A DNA stretch of 64,000 bases from Candidatus Zhuqueibacterota bacterium (GTDB lineage Bacteria; Zhuqueibacterota; Zhuqueibacteria; Thermofontimicrobiales; Thermofontimicrobiaceae), in contig JBMOPW010000032.1 in assembly GCA_049322915.1 (NCBI GenBank), positions 32,001-96,000 on the forward strand, read 5' to 3'. The position numbers were made by a program, and so were the translations under genes. The notes under the pieces are model-generated. The model made no database searches, was not told the DNA's origin, and saw only the letters and a list, made by a program, of their open reading frames with translations. This document shows positions 10,910 through 19,387 of this stretch, one piece after another (the first letter of the stretch is position 1; every line of letters begins with the position of its first letter).

Positions 10910-11623
10910 ATGGAAGGAATTCAATTGTCTGTTAAACAAACAGGAGTTGACAATAATATTTCTGTGATTAAAGTGGGTGGGTACATTGATACGACGACTT
11001 CCGCAGAACTGGAGCACTCGCTTGAAGCATTATTGGAAGCTAATAATTATAACATCATTATTGATTTGTCCAATGTTGATTATATTAGCAGCGCCGGCTG
11101 GGGGATTTTTATAAGTGAGATAAAAGGGATTCGGGAAAAAGGCGGTGATCTGAAACTAATCGGTATGATCCCTGATGTGTATGAAGTTTTTGAATTGCTG
11201 GAATTTCATTACATATTAAAAGCGTTTGATACGATCGAAGAGGCGGTCGCCGATTTTGATAAAACAAGACCGCGGGGCGAATATCGTCCTGTCGCTCAAA
11301 TGAATCGTGAAATGGAATCTCAGAAGCCAGAACCACCTCACATTTTGCGCCGCGGCGATGATAATCGGGAGAGTGAAGAATATCTGGAAAAGATGATGAA
11401 GCCGGATGCGAGCGACAAGAGTGTCGAGGCCAAAATCAAAAAGCTGGTCATCGAAAATCCTGAAAATGGCAGTATTAAAATAATGCGGGAATTGAACTCG
11501 CCGGCGTACGGAAATCTCAAGCTGAGCTGGTTTCAGGTAGTGCGGTATTTGAAACAGATGAATTTGAATTCAAAGAAGAAACGGGTTGAATTCTTCCAGA
11601 GAGAAACATTTAAACGTAGCTAA
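10910..11623 (+). CDS. STAS anti-sigma-factor antagonist (RsbV/SpoIIAA-like) with C-terminal HTH-like extension
   Basis: GYIDTTT..IIIDLSNVDYISSAGWG..VYEVFELL; ~115 aa extension after the STAS domain. ATG 10910 (track start TTG 10898). Confidence 0.9.
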   Translation: MEGIQLSVKQTGVDNNISVIKVGGYIDTTTSAELEHSLEALLEANNYNIIIDLSNVDYISSAGWGIFISEIKGIREKGGDLKLIGMIPDVYEVFELLEFHYILKAFDTIEEAVADFDKTRPRGEYRPVAQMNREMESQKPEPPHILRRGDDNRESEEYLEKMMKPDASDKSVEAKIKKLVIENPENGSIKIMRELNSPAYGNLKLSWFQVVRYLKQMNLNSKKKRVEFFQRETFKRS

Positions 11624-11657
11624 TAAAAATTAAATTTGAATAACATATAGAGAATTC

Positions 11658-11690
11658 AGGAGTTTGTTATTATCTACAAACTCCTTTTTT
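11658..11690 (+). terminator. Rho-independent terminator
   Basis: AGGAGTTTGT-loop-ACAAACTCCT followed by T run. Confidence 0.8.
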
Positions 11691-11777
11691 ATTATTGGAT
11701 GAAACTTCAAAGTATACTGATGATTGAAAAGATGTAAAGTGGATGTGTTGACAGGTGATATGGAAGAGGAGTGGACG

Positions 11778-14700
11778 ATGGATATTCGGGAAATGTTCGG
11801 AGACAGAATTGTGTTATTCGATGGCGCGATGGGCACTCAAATTCAGTTGCTCCAGCCATCGCTGGCTGAGTGGGATGGAAAAGTTGGATGCAGTGAGGTT
11901 TTGAATTTAACAGCTCCATCAAAGATACGAAAGATACATGAAAATTATTTGGAAGCCGGCGCGGAGGTAGTTGAGACCAATACATTCGGGGCCAATGAAA
12001 TTGTACTGGCTGAATATGGACTGCAACATCGCGTCGTGGAGATCAATCGTGAGGCGGCACAGATTGCACGCCAGGCCGTAGCTGAGTTCTCCGGGTCGAA
12101 AAAAAGGTACGTCGCTGGTTCAATTGGCCCGGGCACTAAATTGGTCACACTCGGCCAAACGGACTTTGATACCATGTATCGATCCTATCGTCAGCAGGCA
12201 AAAGGGCTGCTTGAGGGAGGAATCGATCTGGTCATCATTGAGACCTGTCAGGATTTATTGCAGATAAAAATAGCGCTTCTATCTGTGACGGACGAGATGG
12301 AAAAACAAGGGCGAAAAGCTCCGATCATTGTGTCCGTGACCGTAGAAGCGACGGGTACCCTGTTGTTGGGGAGTGAAATCGGCGCCGTCATGGCAGCGCT
12401 GGAACCTTTCGATATTGATGTCTTTGGCATGAACTGCGCGACTGGCCCGGAACAGATGCATCCCTACATAAAAAGGATTTGCCAGTATTTTGATGGACCG
12501 GTGATCTGTCAACCCAATGCAGGATTGCCTCAAAATATCGATGGCCAGATGGTTTACACATTGCCGATTGTGGATTTTGTGCATACGCTCTCTGGATTCA
12601 TCACGGAAGAGGGAGTCCGGTTCGTTGGTGGCTGCTGCGGAACAACGCCGGAATTTATCAAAGCCCTGTCGGATCGAATCGCTCATTTGAAAATTGGCGA
12701 GCGGACAATCGAGAAAGCGCCTTCGCTTTCTTCTTTGTTCAGCGAAAAAAAATTGCGCCAGGATCCGGCGCCATTCTTTGTAGGTGAGCGTACCAACACG
12801 AATGGCAGTAAAAAATTTCGGGAGTTTGTTCTGGAGGATGACTGGAGTGGCGTTGTCTCCGTCGCGCAGCAGCAGCAGGGTACAGGCGCTCATGGCCTGG
12901 ATTTGTGCATTGCTTTCACCGGCAGGAACGAATCATCGGACATGAAAGAAGCCATATCGCGGATTGTCAGGCAGGTGGACCTGCCTATATTCATCGATTC
13001 CACTGATAGCAACGTCATTGAAACTGCGCTGAAATTTATTGGTGGCAGAGCGGTTATTAATTCGATTAATCTGGAGGACGGGGAAGCTCGCACAGAGAAA
13101 ATCTGTAGTCTGGCCAAACGATTCGGCGCAGCGGTTATTGCGCTGACAATTGATGAAAGTGGGATGGCGCATGATGTCGATAAAAAGATCGCGATTGCCA
13201 GGCGAATTTTCGACATCGCAACAAAACGATTCGGACTCCGTTCCCAGGATCTGATATTCGATGCATTGACGTTCACGCTTGCCAGCGGCGAAAAGAGCTT
13301 AGCCGATTCGGCCCTGAATACCTTGGAAGGCATTCGTCGAATTAAGCGGGAATTGCCAGGCGTATATACAATTCTGGGCGTGAGCAATATTTCATTCGGA
13401 TTAAATCCCGAGACGCGTGAAGTGTTGAATTCAGTTTTTTTGGCGGAGGCAGTGAAAGCCGGGCTGGATCTTGCTATTGTGAACGTGAAGAAAATAATGC
13501 CGCTGTACCAGATGGACTCAGCCGATCGGGAACATTGCCTGAATTTGATCTATAATCAGGGCGGCCCGAATTCGTTATTTAGTTTCATAAAACATTTTGA
13601 TAAAAAATCTTCGTCGCTGAAAAAGAAAAGCATTGTCGAAGAGGATATTTCTCTTGAAGAGAAAATCAAACGTTACGTCATTGATGGTAAAAGTACAGGT
13701 CTCGATAAACTGCTGAAGCTGGCGCTGGAAAAAATGAAGCCACTGGAAATTGTCAACGAGTTGCTCATTCCGGCGATGAAAAAAGTCGGCGAATTGTTCG
13801 GCGCCGGGGAAATGCAGCTTCCTTTTGTGCTGCAATCGGCAGAGGTCATGAAATTTGCTGTCGATAAACTTCAGCCGTATATGGAAAAAACAGCGGATCA
13901 GTCGCAGAGGAGCATTGTGTTAGCCACCGTCCGCGGTGACGTTCATGATATTGGCAAAAATTTAGTGGACATCATTTTGACCAATAACGGCTATAAGGTG
14001 TACAATCTTGGCATTAAATGCGAAGTGGAAACCATCATTCAGAAGGCGCTCGAAGTGCGCGCTGATGCGATTGGCATGAGCGGTCTGCTGGTTAAATCCA
14101 CAGTGGTGATGAAGGAAAATCTGGATGAAATGAAACGGAGAAATGTCCAGATACCTGTGCTTTTGGGAGGCGCGGCGCTCACTCGGAGCTATGTTGAGGA
14201 TGTGTGTCAGCCTGTGATTGAAAAACCTGTTGTGTATTGTCCAGATGCTTTTTCAGGGCTGGCTGCCATGGAAAAAATTAAACTGGGAACGCTGACGATA
14301 ATGTCAGCATCCCCCAAGCGAGGCGATACGCACAAGGCCTTTGAACAAACCAGAACAGCACTCCCTGAAACTCAGATAAAAATTAATCGGGACATTGCCA
14401 TCCCAACTCCGCCCTTTTGGGGAGAGAAAATCATCAGAGATATCGAATTGGCCAGGGTCTTTGTTTACCTCAATGAGACGGTTTTATTTCGCGGACGATG
14501 GGGCTATCGCCGGGGGAAGCTGAGCGCTGAAGAGTTTGATAGCATGATCAAAAGAGAAGCGTTGCCGGCGCTGGAGGAATTCAAAATGCGCTGCATCAAT
14601 GAAAAACTCCTGGTCGCGGATCTGGTCTATGGGTATTACCCATGCAATAGCGAAGGCGAGCAGGTGGTTATTTATTCCCCGGAGACAAACAGGGAATGGG

Positions 14701-15194
14701 TGCGACTCACATTTCCCCGGCAGAAAAAATCGCCGTTTCAGAATATAGCGGATTTTTTCCTGCCCATTGAATCGGGCAAACGCGATATCATCGCGCTGCA
14801 AGTAGTCACCGTGGGCAGCCGGGCATCTGAGGAGTCCAGGCGCCTTTTTGAAACGAATCAGTACAAAAAGTACCTGCTATTTCATGGCCTCAGCGTGGAA
14901 TCGGCGGAGGCGCTGGCCGAATACTGGCATCAGCGCATTCGGGAGGAGTTACAAATAACCGAAGAAGACAGCCGCGATATCAACGACTTTGTAGTCCAGA
15001 AATATCGAGGCGCACGCTATTCATTCGGTTATCCGGCCTGCCCTGATCTGGCTCAAAACAGGAAAATTTTTGAGCTGCTCCGGCCTGAGCGAATTGGAGT
15101 GACTTTGACTGAGGAGGATCAAATGATACCGGAACAAACGACCTCAGCCTTTGTTGTGCATCATCCACAGGCCAAGTATTTCACAATTGAATGA
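11778..15194 (+). CDS. metH: Cobalamin-dependent methionine synthase
   Basis: FDGAMGT, GMNCATGP, GGCCGTTP (Hcy/Zn domain); GERTN pterin domain; GDVHDIGKNLV B12 motif; RYSFGYPACPDL activation domain. ATG 11778 after GAGGAG. Confidence 0.97.
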   Translation: MDIREMFGDRIVLFDGAMGTQIQLLQPSLAEWDGKVGCSEVLNLTAPSKIRKIHENYLEAGAEVVETNTFGANEIVLAEYGLQHRVVEINREAAQIARQAVAEFSGSKKRYVAGSIGPGTKLVTLGQTDFDTMYRSYRQQAKGLLEGGIDLVIIETCQDLLQIKIALLSVTDEMEKQGRKAPIIVSVTVEATGTLLLGSEIGAVMAALEPFDIDVFGMNCATGPEQMHPYIKRICQYFDGPVICQPNAGLPQNIDGQMVYTLPIVDFVHTLSGFITEEGVRFVGGCCGTTPEFIKALSDRIAHLKIGERTIEKAPSLSSLFSEKKLRQDPAPFFVGERTNTNGSKKFREFVLEDDWSGVVSVAQQQQGTGAHGLDLCIAFTGRNESSDMKEAISRIVRQVDLPIFIDSTDSNVIETALKFIGGRAVINSINLEDGEARTEKICSLAKRFGAAVIALTIDESGMAHDVDKKIAIARRIFDIATKRFGLRSQDLIFDALTFTLASGEKSLADSALNTLEGIRRIKRELPGVYTILGVSNISFGLNPETREVLNSVFLAEAVKAGLDLAIVNVKKIMPLYQMDSADREHCLNLIYNQGGPNSLFSFIKHFDKKSSSLKKKSIVEEDISLEEKIKRYVIDGKSTGLDKLLKLALEKMKPLEIVNELLIPAMKKVGELFGAGEMQLPFVLQSAEVMKFAVDKLQPYMEKTADQSQRSIVLATVRGDVHDIGKNLVDIILTNNGYKVYNLGIKCEVETIIQKALEVRADAIGMSGLLVKSTVVMKENLDEMKRRNVQIPVLLGGAALTRSYVEDVCQPVIEKPVVYCPDAFSGLAAMEKIKLGTLTIMSASPKRGDTHKAFEQTRTALPETQIKINRDIAIPTPPFWGEKIIRDIELARVFVYLNETVLFRGRWGYRRGKLSAEEFDSMIKREALPALEEFKMRCINEKLLVADLVYGYYPCNSEGEQVVIYSPETNREWVRLTFPRQKKSPFQNIADFFLPIESGKRDIIALQVVTVGSRASEESRRLFETNQYKKYLLFHGLSVESAEALAEYWHQRIREELQITEEDSRDINDFVVQKYRGARYSFGYPACPDLAQNRKIFELLRPERIGVTLTEEDQMIPEQTTSAFVVHHPQAKYFTIE

Positions 15195-15212
15195 AATGGA
15201 AAAGGAGAGATG

Positions 15213-15371
15213 ATGGAAAAGTACATTTGTACCAACTGCGGATATATCTATAATCCGTGGGAAGGCGATCCTAACAATGGAATCAGTCCTGGAACACCCT
15301 TTGATGCGTTACCCGATTCCTGGGTCTGTCCCGTCTGTTATGTTTCGAAGGACATGTTTGATCCATTTTAA
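15213..15371 (+). CDS. Rubredoxin (52 aa, absent from ORF track)
   Basis: [61 protein letters not shown]; two CxxC motifs. Confidence 0.95.
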   Translation: MEKYICTNCGYIYNPWEGDPNNGISPGTPFDALPDSWVCPVCYVSKDMFDPF

Positions 15372-15430
15372 CCAGGATGGCAATTTCACCAGCCTCGCTG
15401 AGAGGGTGAAAATTTGATTGAACGGAGCTT

Positions 15431-16630
15431 ATGAACAATTCTGAGAAAATAATTTTACTGATTCACTACAGCGAAATCGGCTTGAAAAAGGGAAATCGTG
15501 GCTATTTCGAAGCGAAGCTGAAAACTAATATTTTAGAAGCACTCCACGACATTCCTGAAAAGGAATTCAAGAATGATTACGGGAGGTTCATTCTCAAACT
15601 ACCCGGCACCGCCGTTCTGAAGCATGTGATTGAGCGATTGAAAGATGTCATCGGAATTGCCTATTTCTGCGTGGGTTATTCGGGTGATTCAAACGTGGAT
15701 GCGCTAAAGGAACAAATCTTCGAAAGATTGAAGAAGGAGGACTTTTCGACTTTCCGTATTCAGACGCGCCGCGCAGACAAGAGATATCCACTCACTTCGG
15801 TTGATGTGAATAAAATCGTTGGCGCGAAGATACACACGGATCTCAATAAACCGGTGAATCTAGAAAATCCTGATTTGACGTGCAATATTGAAATATTCAA
15901 TAAACAAATATTTTTCTATTTCGATCGGTACGACGGCATTCGCGGTCTGCCTGTTGGAAGCAGCGGTCGGGTTGTCAGCCTGCTATCCTCAGGAATCGAT
16001 TCTCCGGTCGCATCGTACCGCATGATGACCCGGGGATGTCGCATCATATTTGTGCATTTTCATAGTTTCCCGTTCACGGATAAAGCATCCTATCACAACG
16101 CGATTAAACTGACCACCCAATTGATGCGCTACCAGTCATCGATTCGCCTGTACCTCGTGCCGCTGGTGAAGGTGCAGGAAGCCATTATTATGCAGGCGCC
16201 GGCAAAACTCAGGCTGATTCTCTACCGGCGAATGATGTTTCGAATTGCAGAAATCATCGCAAAAAAGGAGAAAGCCAGTGCGCTGGTGACTGGCGAGAGC
16301 GTCGGTCAGGTGGCGTCCCAGACTCTGGAGAACATATTGGCGATAAATGAAGTTGTAACGCTGCCGGTGCTGCGACCATTGATTGGGCTGGATAAGGAAT
16401 CCATTATCGCACAGGCAAAAGAAATTGATACATTTAATATTTCGATTGAACCATACGATGATTGCTGCAGTTATCTTGTGCCCAAAAATCCCGAAACAAA
16501 AGCCAGGCTCGTTGAAGTTCATGCTGCTGAAAACGGGATAGAAAACTGGAGCCGACTGATCTCCGATGCGCTTCGGGAGGCAGAGATAAAACAGCTTCAA
16601 CGTGACGAACAAATCGTGCGCGAAGAGTGA
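15431..16630 (+). CDS. thiI: tRNA 4-thiouridine(8) synthase
   Basis: HYSEIGLKKGNR, THUMP domain, LLSSGIDSPVA PP-loop, TGESVGQVASQT, PYDDCC. Confidence 0.95.
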   Translation: MNNSEKIILLIHYSEIGLKKGNRGYFEAKLKTNILEALHDIPEKEFKNDYGRFILKLPGTAVLKHVIERLKDVIGIAYFCVGYSGDSNVDALKEQIFERLKKEDFSTFRIQTRRADKRYPLTSVDVNKIVGAKIHTDLNKPVNLENPDLTCNIEIFNKQIFFYFDRYDGIRGLPVGSSGRVVSLLSSGIDSPVASYRMMTRGCRIIFVHFHSFPFTDKASYHNAIKLTTQLMRYQSSIRLYLVPLVKVQEAIIMQAPAKLRLILYRRMMFRIAEIIAKKEKASALVTGESVGQVASQTLENILAINEVVTLPVLRPLIGLDKESIIAQAKEIDTFNISIEPYDDCCSYLVPKNPETKARLVEVHAAENGIENWSRLISDALREAEIKQLQRDEQIVREE

Positions 16631-16786
16631 TTAGAGAATCATCCTCCGGCATGTGCTGAACTGTAGAACTCTGTTCCACTTAGCAGCAATTAGCGCATCA
16701 TTAATCTTGCATTCCGGTCAGTCGTCGCGAGGCTGAAGATTATCGACACTATGTTCGAATCGATCTGTCATTACAGATTTTTGATA

Positions 16787-18202
16787 TTAAAGACCTTCCA
16801 TGGCGATAAAATAACCAAGCAATGCCATCGCAACAGCGCCCAATTCCAGTTCCCGCTCATTGACTGCTTCCAAAACATCGTTTGCAGAATGATGATAATC
16901 AAAATAGCGATGAAAATCCACCAGCAGCCCGATGGTGGTTGTTCCCAAGGGACGCAGGGGAGAGATGTCCGGTCCATCACCGCCTATCGTGAAATAATCA
17001 GCGCTGATATTTTCAAAAAGTGGCGCCAATTTTTTTACTTTCATATAGGTAGCAGAGTCGGCATTCATGGTGAAGCCCAGAGGTGTGAATCCGCCGCGAT
17101 CCGATTCAATGGCTGCAATATGACGGGGACCATGAAGTTTTACGCTATCAGCGTAGGCCGGCCCACCGCGCAGTCCAAATTCTTCGCACATAAAAAGCAC
17201 AGCCCGCAGCGTTCGTCTGGGTTTTAAATCCAGGGCTTTGATCAGCCGCAGCGCTTCGATAGCCTGAACGCAACCAGCGCCGTCATCGTGCGCGCCATGA
17301 CCAACGTCCCAGCTATCGAGATGTCCACCGACTGCAATGATTTCGTCGGGCAGTTCGCTTCCTTTAATTTCACCAATGACATTGTAGGAAATAACATCCG
17401 GTTTCGGTTCGCAGTCCAGAGCTATTCTCACAGTCACCTTTTTATCGGCACCAAGCGTTTGGCTCAATAAATTGGCATCCACAGTGCTGATAGCGGCAGC
17501 GGGAATTTTGGGAACGTGCTCGTCGTACTGCATCACCCCTGTGTGCGGAACCCTATCCAGCCGGGTTGTGACGGAACGCACCAATACTGCGACGGCCCCA
17601 ACCCTCGCTGCTTCGATGGCGCCTTGAGTTCTCTGGTCGACTGCTCCGCCGTATCCGCCGAATGTATTCATCAATCTGGGATCCATGGGGCGATTGTAAA
17701 ATACAATTTTACCCAGCGCATTTTTTCCAAGTTTTTTTACTTCTGCCAAACTCTTCACTTCCACGACCTCGGCAACGATTCCCGTTTTCGGAGTCCCCAC
17801 GCTATTGCCGAGGGCTTTTATGACAAGCGGGACCGTCCCAATGGAAGGCGAATTGATGATAGCTGCTTCCTCAACATGGCCGCGAATCCAGCGAGGCACC
17901 AGCACCGGCTGCAAATGCACATTATCAAAACCATAGTCGAGCATGACCTGTCTCGCCCATTCGACAGCCGCGGCAGCCTGGGGGGAGCCGCTCAATCGTG
18001 GACCGATCCGGGTGCATAATTCGGCCAGCATCGAATAAGCGTGACCATCCATCATGGCTGTATCGGTGATGGCCGCGGCGGTTTTCTGGTAACGATTCAT
18101 CAATCTGGCTTTAGAATATTCCTGGCAGGGAGAATGAGTCACAAACGTCATGAGGTAAAGAACTACAATGATTCCTGTAATGATGCTCTTGTGCGATTTC
18201 AT
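16787..18202 (-). CDS. Secreted M28 peptidase with PA domain (carboxypeptidase Q-like)
   Basis: Signal peptide; IGPRLSGS, GHLDSWD, GAHDDGAG, CEEFGL, IESDRG, YHHSAND. ATG 18202 after AAGGAG. Confidence 0.92.
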   Translation of the reverse strand: MKSHKSIITGIIVVLYLMTFVTHSPCQEYSKARLMNRYQKTAAAITDTAMMDGHAYSMLAELCTRIGPRLSGSPQAAAAVEWARQVMLDYGFDNVHLQPVLVPRWIRGHVEEAAIINSPSIGTVPLVIKALGNSVGTPKTGIVAEVVEVKSLAEVKKLGKNALGKIVFYNRPMDPRLMNTFGGYGGAVDQRTQGAIEAARVGAVAVLVRSVTTRLDRVPHTGVMQYDEHVPKIPAAAISTVDANLLSQTLGADKKVTVRIALDCEPKPDVISYNVIGEIKGSELPDEIIAVGGHLDSWDVGHGAHDDGAGCVQAIEALRLIKALDLKPRRTLRAVLFMCEEFGLRGGPAYADSVKLHGPRHIAAIESDRGGFTPLGFTMNADSATYMKVKKLAPLFENISADYFTIGGDGPDISPLRPLGTTTIGLLVDFHRYFDYHHSANDVLEAVNERELELGAVAMALLGYFIAMEGL

Positions 18203-18784
18203 ATCGACTCCTTTGGTGTGAAGTATCGAACAGATTTCATGCAACCATGTGGGCCAGCGGCGCTGGAAATATAGCGAAAAACGTCTATGAAAGCAAGTCA
18301 ATTATGGTAAGCGGAGTGAGCATCAAGACCTCCGGCAACAGACCGAAGAAATGCCTTCCATATCGAAAAAATTCTTGCATTACATTATTATTTTTTTCTA
18401 TAGTCCGAAACGTTAACTCATCTTCGACAGTGGTAGTGCAAATAAAATAGAGACAACTCTCTATAATATAATTAACTAAATCAGGTTGATGAAATGCAAA
18501 CGTGTTACTACAGAATCACTCAAGCTGTATTCCTACAACAGTGGATGGTTTTTTTACATCCAGTGCGGCAAAGATCGATTGTTGGGTTTTGGTCAATTCA
18601 GTCATGAGGCTGATCGTTTTCCCTGGTGGCGAAATTCACCGAAATAGATACGATTCATTTCGTCTCGTATTCTGGACCAACTTAAATTCGTTTTGCTTTC
18701 ACAAATTATGGTAAACCCTAACGCTAGAAAACACAGGAAAATGTGGCAGCGGATCCGATCATCGCGAATATGATAATTCGGTCA

Positions 18785-19005
18785 TAATTCCAGGATGGTG
18801 TCGGCACGGCCGGCTCTGCTAATATCGGCAAGCGATATGCCATGTTCGAGGCGATTCATGGAAGCGCGCCACGAATGATTCGCGAAGGCCGTGGTCAGTA
18901 CGCTGATGCCAGCAGCCTGGTTCGCGCCGGCGAAGGAATTCGGGGATTACCTGATGGAAACAACCAAGGATCCGAAGATAAAAAACAGATGGGAAAAATC
19001 TATTT
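18785..19005 (+). pseudogene. Remnant of isocitrate/isopropylmalate dehydrogenase family gene
   Basis: *FQDGVGTAGSANIGKRYAMFEAIHGSAPRMIREGRGQYADASSLVRA, then in a different frame KEFGDYLMETTKDPKIKNRWEK; the 5' part of the gene is missing. Confidence 0.8.
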
Positions 19006-19036
19006 TAATAGATGGACAAAGACTTTGCTTAATGAG

Positions 19037-19075
19037 AACGCAGATTAGAGACTTATTTTAATCTGCGTTTTTTTT
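19037..19075 (+). terminator. Rho-independent terminator after the dehydrogenase remnant
   Basis: AACGCAGATTA-loop-TAATCTGCGTT followed by T run. Confidence 0.8.
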
Positions 19076-19189
19076 GAACCAAAGCTGCTATATTCGATTG
19101 GATGTACCTTTATTAAAAACAACGTGATTGACTTCCAGCGAAATGCATTGAAATCACACTTTAAAATTAAAATGGCACAAGAAAAACAT

Positions 19190-19218
19190 TTGCATTTTTC
19201 AAAATAATGTAGTATAAT
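19190..19218 (+). promoter_or_regulatory. sigma70-type promoter of PFOR gene
   Basis: TTGCAT-17 nt-TATAAT. Confidence 0.65.
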
Positions 19219-19387
19219 AAGGACTTTAATTTGAAAATCTGGGGGAAAATAAATTACATATTTATCACAGATGTTGACTCAATAGATGTTACAATGAACA
19301 TCCTTTGAATGCTATACATGTAAGTGCATTGGATGAATGATCAATTTCAGAGGAATGTTTTGTGAATTAAACAAAAGGATGGATTTT

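Noticed and set aside
11624..11777. SAM or cobalamin riboswitch before metH
   Set aside because: Short AT-rich gap containing only a terminator; no aptamer motifs.
18502..18714. 70-aa ORF in the intergenic region
   Set aside because: No RBS or recognisable motif; likely spurious.
19173..19195. sigma54 promoter before nifJ (TGGCAC...TTGC)
   Set aside because: GG-to-GC spacing is wrong; a sigma70 promoter fits better.
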